From a virus: a stretch of DNA of 64,000 bases. Positions within the stretch are counted from its first letter, which is position 1; each line of letters opens with the position of its first letter. The position numbers were made by a program, and so were the translations under genes. Positions 28,004 to 35,813 of the stretch are shown here, piece after piece. The stretch lies in the IMG/VR virus record IMGVR_UViG_3300042397_000787; one strand, 5' to 3'. The notes beneath the pieces were generated by a model, which saw only the letters and a program-made list of their open reading frames with translations, made no database searches and was not told the DNA's origin.

Positions 28004-28663
28004 TTAAATAGAGGACGCAGGGTCCATTGCAATGTAATAAACGAGTTCGCGACCCTTGCTCTTAAACTCCATGGCGCGCTTCTTACCAAGCGTGACAGTG
28101 TAGTTATCAGAGAGGACTTTGAGGTTCTCGGTCTTCACTCGGCAATCAAACACAGGAGCGGGGTCGGTGCTGATAGTCTTAGTGTAGGAGTTTGCCGATG
28201 AATTAGTGGGGTCGCCAACCTTGAGTTGAACCTGGGCGCCATCCGATACAATGCTGATGATTGGTGCCGAGGTGATTGATGCGGCGCGGAGAATCATGCT
28301 GATTGCATCCGCAGAAAGATCGAACGACCACACAGGTTCAATCTCAAGGTTTTTGTCGGGAGCAGCGGTCACGGTGCCAGGATCGGAATAGAAGTATTCA
28401 AACTTCGAGCCGTCCTTACTAACCTTGATGCTAGTCTCGCCAAAATCTACGTCCTGATCTTCCATAAGGGTCAGAAGTGCCAGAAGGCTGTTCAGATCAT
28501 AGACGGCAATTTCACGCGGAAAGGTTTCAGTAACCGTGGCACGTGAAAAGATGTTCTTCCCAGGACTTACGGTACCAATCACATTACCCTGCCGAAACAG
28601 AATATTGGTATTGATACCAGCGTAGTTCTTTAGAAGTGAAAGTGTTTCATTAGAAATTTTCAT
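28004..28663 (-). CDS. Sliding clamp (gp45-like)
   Basis: MKISNETLSLLKNYAGIN, IAVYDLN, YYIA; upstream of gp44. Confidence 0.93.
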   Translation of the reverse strand: MKISNETLSLLKNYAGINTNILFRQGNVIGTVSPGKNIFSRATVTETFPREIAVYDLNSLLALLTLMEDQDVDFGETSIKVSKDGSKFEYFYSDPGTVTAAPDKNLEIEPVWSFDLSADAISMILRAASITSAPIISIVSDGAQVQLKVGDPTNSSANSYTKTISTDPAPVFDCRVKTENLKVLSDNYTVTLGKKRAMEFKSKGRELVYYIAMDPASSI

Positions 28664-28669
28664 AATATA

Positions 28670-29182
28670 TTAACCTTTTTTCTTGTTGGTCTTATTACCA
28701 GTATTTGTTATAACAGAAATTGTGTCGTTTGTCAAGAGAGAACTGGTGCCCATGTTGTAATTATTCCAGTCTGGAACAATAGTATCGTTAAGGTTTAGCG
28801 TAATAGTATCATAACCATTTGGATGAGCAGACAAAGTTGTAGTAGACAAGGCTGTAGCAAGAGCAGGTTTTAGGTTGACATCCTCGTAAAGTCCTGCTAG
28901 ACTAGGCTGTTGTGCCTTATCATGAACATGCAATGCAATGATGGCATAGTGAATGACCTTCATGAGGTCCTTGCGCCAGTCTTCGGGAGTTCCCTTATGA
29001 CCGTATCGCTGGGCATACTTCATGATGTTTCCAACCGTGAAGCCTACACCATGTCCACCATCAATGATAAACTCGGTAGCTTGGTACTTGTTCTGCGAAT
29101 AGTGCTGCCCATAAGTGGCATTCACATACTCGGTAACCTGCCGAAGCAGGTCACCTTCGTTATACTTATATTTAATTGTCAT
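28670..29182 (-). CDS. DUF3310-like protein (T7 gp1.7/SaV-like)
   Basis: HY...GFTVGNIMKYAQRYGHKG...DLMKVIHY. Confidence 0.7.
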   Translation of the reverse strand: MTIKYKYNEGDLLRQVTEYVNATYGQHYSQNKYQATEFIIDGGHGVGFTVGNIMKYAQRYGHKGTPEDWRKDLMKVIHYAIIALHVHDKAQQPSLAGLYEDVNLKPALATALSTTTLSAHPNGYDTITLNLNDTIVPDWNNYNMGTSSLLTNDTISVITNTGNKTNKKKG

Positions 29183-29191
29183 ACTATCTCC

Positions 29192-30361
29192 TTAGAAAGG
29201 TGTTTCTTCAAAAAATGCGTCTTCATTGACGTTATCGGTAGGGCCAGTATCAATCTTGGCATCAACCTTGGTGTAGAGGTCGAGGAATGCTGACTTGGTA
29301 TCAGCATCAAAGCGGTTAACGCAGAGTTCGACTGCCTTCTGGCGAGACTTGAACATGGCGAAGGCATTGACAATGTGTTCCAGACGGCGAGTCGAAATCA
29401 GGTCGTCAATGCCACCATCGTAAAAAGTCTTACGGATGATTTCAGCCCAAGTAACAAGGTTGTCGGCGAATTCTTCATCAATCGCGCCAGCCTTTTCCAT
29501 CTTGTTCATGACAATCTTCTTTTCGACCTTAGCCGATGGGTATTCTTGTTCGACTGTGATGGCGAAACGCTCAAGGAAGGCATCATCAAGAATCTGAGCC
29601 GAGATGAACTTGCCGTCATCGGAACCACGACCCTTGGTGTTAGCAGTTGCAACCACGTTGAAGCCCTTGGCGGGGAAGACAGTCTCGCCAGTCTTCTTAT
29701 TGAAGTATGGCTTGCCTTCAAGAATGGCCTGGATGCACATCAACTTGTTCGAACCGCGGTCGATTTCATCAAGAATAAGAATTGCCCCACGCTTCATGGC
29801 AGTCAGAACAGGACCTTCGCGGTACACTACGTTACCATCGACAAGGGTGTTGCCACCAATCAGGTCGTCTTCATCGGTTTCTACCGAGATGTTGACGCGG
29901 AGACATTCGCGCTTCAACTTGGCGCAAGCCTGTTCAATCATTGTGGTCTTACCGTTACCAGACAGGCCAGAGATGAACGTGGGATAGAAGGCTTCTGCCT
30001 TGAGAACCTTAATCAGGTCGGTGTAAAAGCCAAACGGAACGTAGGTCGCATCAAGACGGGGAACCAGATTGTCAATGATTACCTCTAGCTTAGGCTGCAT
30101 CACCGTCTTAGCAACGGGCTTCGAGATAATCTCAGCAACTGGCTGAGGCATCACGGGTGCAGGCTTGGCAGTCACGCCAACCATTGCAGCAGACAAATCG
30201 TAAACGCCACGAGAAACCACATTGTCCTTTGACAGGAGCCAGTTCAACTTCTCAATACCCATGGGGTGGGCGACGGCAAAAACATCTTTCTTGCGGAAAA
30301 TACCACCATTCGTATCAGCGGCACGAAGGGCGGCAAGCAGGTCTTCACGGGTACTAATCAT
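29192..30361 (-). CDS. MoxR/CobS-like AAA+ ATPase
   Basis: GLSGNGKT, LILDEID, ATANTKG, AFLERF, ISTRRL. Confidence 0.92.
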   Translation of the reverse strand: MISTREDLLAALRAADTNGGIFRKKDVFAVAHPMGIEKLNWLLSKDNVVSRGVYDLSAAMVGVTAKPAPVMPQPVAEIISKPVAKTVMQPKLEVIIDNLVPRLDATYVPFGFYTDLIKVLKAEAFYPTFISGLSGNGKTTMIEQACAKLKRECLRVNISVETDEDDLIGGNTLVDGNVVYREGPVLTAMKRGAILILDEIDRGSNKLMCIQAILEGKPYFNKKTGETVFPAKGFNVVATANTKGRGSDDGKFISAQILDDAFLERFAITVEQEYPSAKVEKKIVMNKMEKAGAIDEEFADNLVTWAEIIRKTFYDGGIDDLISTRRLEHIVNAFAMFKSRQKAVELCVNRFDADTKSAFLDLYTKVDAKIDTGPTDNVNEDAFFEETPF

Positions 30362-30403
30362 AATAAAATCACCTTTTCACAAACAAACATCATCAATCAC
30401 ATT

Positions 30404-30437
30404 ATTTACTATAGTCGATTCGCGACCAAATGTCAAG
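30404..30437 (-). repeat. 34-bp promoter repeat, copy 1
   Basis: atttactatagtcgattcgcgaccaaatgtcaag identical at 32700-32733; reads TTGACA-N17-TATAGT on minus strand. Confidence 0.92.
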
Positions 30438-30443
30438 TGTTTT

Positions 30444-32675
30444 TTACGCCACAGCCTCAACCATTTTTGTAAGAATTACACGACCAATAGATTTCTTATC
30501 CTGAAACGCCTTGAACGCCTTGGTCAGTTCTTTCTTATCGTTGGAGTCCACAGTCAGAGTGTCTTCTGAAATTTGCAGACTACTGCCAGCTTTAATCAGA
30601 AACTGGTCATCAAAGCCGTTGCTGTCCTTGAGAAGTGCCGCACCTTCCTTCTTGAAAGCCTTGCGGGTCGCATCACTGACTGTGCCAGGGACGAGCGAAC
30701 GAGCCAAGAAATACTTGAGGTCATAAGAACCCATCAGGTAAAAGTTAATCATCCGCGAACCAGTGGTTTCACGATACAGTTCAAGAAGAGCCTTACAGTA
30801 AGACCGGCTGCGGTAGCTAACACCGTCATATTGCTGCGAAAAGGTGCGACGAGTCTTAGAGTCAACAATAGCTAGGTTCTTACGGTGATAATCATTATGA
30901 TTATGACCAACAGTTTCGAAGTTGCAATCACCTTCACCATCGGTCAAGAATACCGACGAAAGAACTTCAACGCGATTGCGGTTCTTGAAATCTTCGGCGA
31001 TGTAACGGCCAAGCAGAATGGCTTCTTCTAGCGGAGTGCTGCCAAGACCAAAAGAATTGGCAGCGGTACCGTCTAGATAAAGGTCATGATAGCTACGATT
31101 ATAAGACTGGCCAAGAGCAAGAATATTTGCCATCTGGGTCTTGAACTTACCACCAGAAACGCCGGTAGCCACCAACTGGAGCATACGGAAACTGGGGTCA
31201 GAAATCATCAGGTTGTTAGGGTCAGACAAGTTATTACGGCTGCGCACTGTATCGAAATACGTTTGTGGTGCGCTAGAGTTCGTAATGAAACCGTAAACTT
31301 CAAACGGAATGCGAACTTTCTGGCAGAACGAAGCCAGTAGAACCAGCTGCTCCATGGTACCAGACATGTTGGAAGACATGCTGCCCGACATATCAAGGTA
31401 CAGAAGCATGCCGTGGTTCTGACCGTTAGGAACAACCGTGTTCTGTAAGAACAGGTCTTCTGTAATCTTGTAAGCCCACACTTTGTCCATGTTGATGCGG
31501 CCAGTCTTGGAAGTCTGGGCGCGCATAAGCGACTTGGCTTTTTTCTTACGTTCAAAGTCCTGTGCCATTGAACTAAGGTACTTGCTGTTCTTGGCAAGAA
31601 ACTCCTTGTAGAGTTCCATCTTGACTTGTTCGGCAGTCTTGCCTGCTCGGTATGCGGCGCCACCAACAGAGAACTTCAACATCTTTTCGACGGTGTTAAT
31701 ACCGACAATAAAATCAGCCGGGTTCAGAATAGGGAGCTTGGCATAAAACGTCTCACGGGCGTTTGCATCAAGCAGGCTGTCTTCATTCCGACGAAAGTTC
31801 TCATCGGTGAACGAAGTCGGCTCAGGGCTTTCTTCTGTATCATCGGACTCACTGTCACCAGACGAACCGTCTTCTTTCTCTTCTGACTTTTCTTCTGACT
31901 TTTCTTCGGTATCATCGGACGATGAAGACTTAGGTTCTTCTGTTTCGTCTTCTGATTTCTGACCCGTAGAGGAAGGCGTCTGTGGCTTTTCCTTGTCATC
32001 TGAGTTGTCCGAATTAGGAACTTCAACGTAGTCTGCACTCGGATCGAATTCACCGTCACCATCTTCCATGATATCACCAAGGGCGTTCATGAATTGTTCG
32101 AAGTCAAGTTCCTCGGTTGAATTTTCGGCACGTTCATAGAGTTCGCTAGCCAGCGCTACCACATCTTCCCAGGTGTCGAGGCTGTCAAGACGATTGACAA
32201 TCGCTTGTTCTTCGTCCGAGAACTTGACGTTCAAAAACGAACCGACCTTGGCGTGAAGGTTGATGCGGTCAATGAACTTTAGCTTATTGACATCCATACC
32301 TTCGACACCGAAGAAATTCTTTTCGAAGAGTTCTTGGTAACCATTGTAGAACGACCGACGAAGACCGGGGTAACGGTTCTTCATCTTGCGTTCGATACGA
32401 GCATCTTCAATGATGTTGAGGAAAGACTTGAAGCCCACACCCTTCTCAGAGATGCTGGAGTGCCAGCCGTCAGCAGGCGTTTCAAGAGCGTGACCGACTT
32501 CATGGCCGATTAGCAGGTCATAAAGGTCAGCCGAAGTCTCTTTGAAGATCGGCAGCACGACCGTGCGGGTCTCCAGATTGAAGTAAGCGGTACTTGTCTT
32601 CTGGTGTTCTACATGGATATTTTCTGTCGCCAACAACTTGGCGAGAATCGACTTTTCAGCAAACTGGGACATCAC
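30444..32675 (-). CDS. CobT-like protein: N-terminal HEXXH metallopeptidase-like domain, acidic linker, C-terminal VWA domain
   Basis: HEVGH, NIIEDARIE, DMSGSMS (MIDAS), GSTPL, LTDGE. Confidence 0.88.
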   Translation of the reverse strand: MMSQFAEKSILAKLLATENIHVEHQKTSTAYFNLETRTVVLPIFKETSADLYDLLIGHEVGHALETPADGWHSSISEKGVGFKSFLNIIEDARIERKMKNRYPGLRRSFYNGYQELFEKNFFGVEGMDVNKLKFIDRINLHAKVGSFLNVKFSDEEQAIVNRLDSLDTWEDVVALASELYERAENSTEELDFEQFMNALGDIMEDGDGEFDPSADYVEVPNSDNSDDKEKPQTPSSTGQKSEDETEEPKSSSSDDTEEKSEEKSEEKEDGSSGDSESDDTEESPEPTSFTDENFRRNEDSLLDANARETFYAKLPILNPADFIVGINTVEKMLKFSVGGAAYRAGKTAEQVKMELYKEFLAKNSKYLSSMAQDFERKKKAKSLMRAQTSKTGRINMDKVWAYKITEDLFLQNTVVPNGQNHGMLLYLDMSGSMSSNMSGTMEQLVLLASFCQKVRIPFEVYGFITNSSAPQTYFDTVRSRNNLSDPNNLMISDPSFRMLQLVATGVSGGKFKTQMANILALGQSYNRSYHDLYLDGTAANSFGLGSTPLEEAILLGRYIAEDFKNRNRVEVLSSVFLTDGEGDCNFETVGHNHNDYHRKNLAIVDSKTRRTFSQQYDGVSYRSRSYCKALLELYRETTGSRMINFYLMGSYDLKYFLARSLVPGTVSDATRKAFKKEGAALLKDSNGFDDQFLIKAGSSLQISEDTLTVDSNDKKELTKAFKAFQDKKSIGRVILTKMVEAVA

Positions 32676-32699
32676 AAAACCTCATCAATCAATCATATA

Positions 32700-32733
32700 A
32701 TTTACTATAGTCGATTCGCGACCAAATGTCAAG
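32700..32733 (-). repeat. 34-bp promoter repeat, copy 2
   Basis: Identical to 30404-30437. Confidence 0.92.
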
Positions 32734-32741
32734 CGATTCTT

Positions 32742-33110
32742 TTAGAAACAACGGCGCTCACGGCGAATATATCGATTGCCGTAGTAGTCATATTCAGTAA
32801 CTTCTGTGGTACGGCAGTTACGGTCGCGGCGATAATATGCATCACGGTTGCGATAGTGATATTCATACTCGCGGTCATAAACTTCGCGCTCAACTTCCTC
32901 GTCGCGGCTATTGTTGTTTTTAATAGCAGCACCAAGAATAAATGCGCCTAGACCGATAGCAATAGCTTCGCCGGTATTAATATGATTGCCGCGCTTGCGC
33001 TCGTGGCGTTCAGTGCGGTGTTCACCACGACCCTTGGCTTCTGCTACCACAGGAGTAGCAAGAACACTGACCGCAATAATACTAGAAATAACAGACTTAA
33101 ACATAATCAT
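32742..33110 (-). CDS. Exported/membrane protein with signal peptide and Gly-rich hydrophobic segment
   Basis: MFKSVISSIIAVSVLATPVVAEA; AIAIGLGAFILGAAI; Arg/Tyr-rich tail with Cys pair; AGGAG RBS. Confidence 0.75.
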   Translation of the reverse strand: MIMFKSVISSIIAVSVLATPVVAEAKGRGEHRTERHERKRGNHINTGEAIAIGLGAFILGAAIKNNNSRDEEVEREVYDREYEYHYRNRDAYYRRDRNCRTTEVTEYDYYGNRYIRRERRCF

Positions 33111-33125
33111 TCTCCTTATATTATT

Positions 33126-33153
33126 AGTATACACGAATCGATGGTAATGTCAA
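33126..33153 (-). promoter_or_regulatory. Sigma70-type promoter with GATTC in spacer
   Basis: TTGACA-TTACCATCGATTCGTG-TATACT. Confidence 0.75.
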
Positions 33154-33154
33154 G

Positions 33155-33760
33155 TTAAAAACGTGTCATTGACCCATCGGCATGAGCCAAAAATGGCTCA
33201 AACTTAATGTTGGGATATTCATCTGCCAAATCTTTGAACATCTGGAGATTGGAAACAGCATCATCAAAGAGACGAGCGCGAGTAAATTTACCAGTATCAA
33301 GGTATTGTTTAATAAAGATTTTCTTGGCTGGAGCAGACGGCATAGCGCCTAGATTGCCAGCACGGTGAACATGTATATCATCAATATCGATACCTTGTTG
33401 ACGAAAGGTATCTAGAAAAATATCACGGTCATCAAAATCTGACCGAGCGGTAATGACAATCATCTTACTGCCACGGGCCTTAATATTTTTATGCATTGCA
33501 ATCAATTTGCGAATCGCTTTAGCGATAGGTTCGCTGGTGTCACGAAAATGCCGGGCGTCCCTAAACTCGCTAAAGTCAAAGGATTCACCCGGCTGTAAAT
33601 TATATGTATTGTATTGCTTGTTACCCAGTGTCTTGATTATCTTACCGCCTTTGACGATATGGACACGGGCTTTGGTACGGAACAATGTCTCGTCAATATC
33701 CCAGATAGTTAATCCGGCACTGTCTTGCGACTCACTTATAAACTCTTTAAAACCAATCAT
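33155..33760 (-). CDS. HAD-superfamily phosphatase with capsid-targeting-like N-terminus
   Basis: MIGFKEFISE; WDIDETLF (DxD), ITAR, K, FDD..SNL. Confidence 0.82.
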   Translation of the reverse strand: MIGFKEFISESQDSAGLTIWDIDETLFRTKARVHIVKGGKIIKTLGNKQYNTYNLQPGESFDFSEFRDARHFRDTSEPIAKAIRKLIAMHKNIKARGSKMIVITARSDFDDRDIFLDTFRQQGIDIDDIHVHRAGNLGAMPSAPAKKIFIKQYLDTGKFTRARLFDDAVSNLQMFKDLADEYPNIKFEPFLAHADGSMTRF

Positions 33761-33766
33761 ATTTAT

Positions 33767-33807
33767 ATACTACTCGATTCGTGAGTGAATGTCAAGTAGT
33801 ATTTATA
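33767..33807 (-). promoter_or_regulatory. Tandem late (33800-33807) and sigma70-type (33767-33795) promoters of the HAD gene
   Basis: TATAAATA; TTGACA-TTCACTCACGAATCGAG-TAGTAT-N6-ATG. Confidence 0.75.
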
Positions 33808-34399
33808 CAGGCGGGGCTTTCTTTCGAGTTTTCTTGGGCTTTGGAGCCTCTTCTTCCGCGTCTGCTTCGATACGGTTCTTCAAACGCTTGGCAACTTCTT
33901 CCGCATCAAGCCAGATGTCCTTGTTATCAAGCATAGACTTAATTTCTTCTGGCGTCAGGAAGTCTTTATAGAAAGAAGCAAACAACTTCTCAGACCATGC
34001 ACGGAAGTGTGTGATTTGGTCATACATTTCGCCGCCCTTACCAATGGTGCCACTTGAATAGTTGTGGAACATGAACATGGTATGGTCAGATAGTTCAAAG
34101 CGATCCGCACTAAGGAAGATAAGAGTTGCAGCCGACATACAGATGCCTTCTACCGAACAAACGATAGTAGCATTTGATTCTTGAATTGCTCTTACTATCT
34201 GGAGAGCGGCAAACAGGTCGCCACCTTCACTGTTGATACGAATGTAGATAGTATCTGTCTCGCCAGCCGCTCGAAATAACTGGAACCATTCTACATATTC
34301 TTCGGCGGCTTTAATTTCGCCGCACAGATATAGATTTACGACAGTAGCTACAGGTTGCGCAAAGTATCTAGCCTTAGAAGGACCATCAAACTCGTTCAT
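33803..34399 (-). CDS. ClpP-like serine protease
   Basis: INSEGG, CMSAAT (Ser), FMFHN (His), DIWL (Asp); likely start ATG 34399. Confidence 0.88.
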   Translation of the reverse strand: MNEFDGPSKARYFAQPVATVVNLYLCGEIKAAEEYVEWFQLFRAAGETDTIYIRINSEGGDLFAALQIVRAIQESNATIVCSVEGICMSAATLIFLSADRFELSDHTMFMFHNYSSGTIGKGGEMYDQITHFRAWSEKLFASFYKDFLTPEEIKSMLDNKDIWLDAEEVAKRLKNRIEADAEEEAPKPKKTRKKAPPV

Positions 34400-34763
34400 A
34401 GAATCTTGTGATTGCGGTGATCTTTTCAATTTGGTTATCAATTATGGGTGTCCTATTCGGCCAGTGGATGTATTCCTTTTCAGGATTTTTCATCAGGTTA
34501 TACATTAAAGGTAAAATTAAGTCTTCTACCTGCTTCAACTTTTCAGAAACTTCCATTTCGACCAGTCGCTTATGTTCTGAGATAAGTGTTGACTGGTCTA
34601 CATTAAGAAGTCTAGCTTCTAGGTCATATAGTTTGGCCATAATCTCATCTTTAAGATCGCTGGCACCTATATCGTCGTTAGGATTATATGGTTCTCGAAC
34701 GTGAACCACAGTTTCGGTTGGGTCTTCGAATGTAAATCCGAAATCATAGGTTGTGTTGGACAT
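34386..34763 (-). CDS. Conserved hypothetical protein
   Basis: DFGFT N-terminus; ILPLMYNLMKNPEKEYIHWPNR. Confidence 0.7.
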   Translation of the reverse strand: MSNTTYDFGFTFEDPTETVVHVREPYNPNDDIGASDLKDEIMAKLYDLEARLLNVDQSTLISEHKRLVEMEVSEKLKQVEDLILPLMYNLMKNPEKEYIHWPNRTPIIDNQIEKITAITRFYERV

Positions 34764-34799
34764 ATTTTCTAGTATACCTTTCGTGGGGATAAAATATAT

Positions 34800-35273
34800 T
34801 CATTTCAACATTTTCCAAAAATTAAAAGCCATGGAGACTCTTTCGCCATCACCTTCGTTCGGTAAAACCCGATGCATCAAATCATCAGGAAATAATAATA
34901 ACAACCCAGCATATGGTTTAATCTGAAAGATTTCTTTTTTAATCTCATACTCAAAATGACCAGCATTTTCTGGAACTTGGAGATAAAGAACTCCACACAT
35001 CTCATCTGTGGCACCCCTATCGTGATGGTGCCACTCATTATAATCGCTACCAGTATTGATATTATACCAGCAAGTTATATCTCCAGTAACACCCGCTACA
35101 GCTTGAACATTATCTATAACTGATTCTGCCCAGGAATAAGTTTTTCTATTACAACGTTCACTGTGCCATCCACCTTTATTACTTCGTTTAACAGACTTGG
35201 TTATGCCACGCAATGCTAAAACATTATCGGTGAAATTTTCTGGTAAAGTAAGTTGAACCAATCGCATAGTCAT
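34800..35273 (-). CDS. 2OG-Fe(II) oxygenase
   Basis: WYNIN, HHHD, GVLYL, LFP..LMHRV, RVSMAFN. Confidence 0.85.
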   Translation of the reverse strand: MTMRLVQLTLPENFTDNVLALRGITKSVKRSNKGGWHSERCNRKTYSWAESVIDNVQAVAGVTGDITCWYNINTGSDYNEWHHHDRGATDEMCGVLYLQVPENAGHFEYEIKKEIFQIKPYAGLLLLFPDDLMHRVLPNEGDGERVSMAFNFWKMLK

Positions 35274-35297
35274 AAAAATAATTAGTCAACTGTAAAT

Positions 35298-35813
35298 TCA
35301 AAGGTTGTTTTGGACATATTTTCTAATATACCTTTTTGCTCGTTTTTCTAGTGACTTCATAGCCATCTTCATTTTCATTTCAGAAGCATGGTCAGAGAAA
35401 TTCAACCCAAGCATATGATCATATTCATGCTGAAAAATTCTGGCGGGTAATCCCGTGAACTCTTCTACTATATATTCACCTTCTACGTTCTGATATGAGG
35501 CAGTGATTGCGGCTGGGCGTTTGATAGAAAGCCATAGACCTGGATAACTTAGACAGCCTTCTTTAGCAAGATTAGTTTCGGGTGACCATGAAACAATCTT
35601 GGGGTTAAAAATATTCTTGCGATTATCATCATCTGAACCCATTACAAAAACTTTAGCATCGATTCCCACCTGATTTGCAGACAGTCCTAGACCTCGAAGG
35701 TCACGAGATTTTGTCCATAGCTTATCAACCAGATCGTTTGCGTCACCAGCATCAAAGTCAAATGCAGACGGCTCTTTGCGAAGCTGCGGATCAGTAAACT
35801 TAATTAATTCCAT
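35298..35813 (-). CDS. def: Peptide deformylase
   Basis: GLGLSANQVG, EGCLS, QHEYDH. Confidence 0.95.
   Translation of the reverse strand: MELIKFTDPQLRKEPSAFDFDAGDANDLVDKLWTKSRDLRGLGLSANQVGIDAKVFVMGSDDDNRKNIFNPKIVSWSPETNLAKEGCLSYPGLWLSIKRPAAITASYQNVEGEYIVEEFTGLPARIFQHEYDHMLGLNFSDHASEMKMKMAMKSLEKRAKRYIRKYVQNNL

Noticed and set aside
29375-30088. 237-aa plus-strand ORF and other long antisense ORFs (e.g. 14178-14666, 57043-57477, 60255-60815)
   Set aside because: They mirror strongly codon-biased minus-strand genes and have no RBS or recognisable motifs; shadow ORFs.
29192-32675. cobS/cobT as cobalamin biosynthesis genes
   Set aside because: No other cob genes; MoxR-VWA pairs are common in T4-like phages, so a chaperone-type role is more plausible.
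30404-32733. 34-bp repeats as CRISPR repeats or att sites
   Set aside because: Only two copies 2.3 kb apart, each a full promoter; no cas or integrase genes.
33760-33767. TATAAATA directly at the HAD start codon
   Set aside because: It overlaps the ATG, so transcription from it would begin inside the gene; the box at 33800-33807 is the better late promoter.
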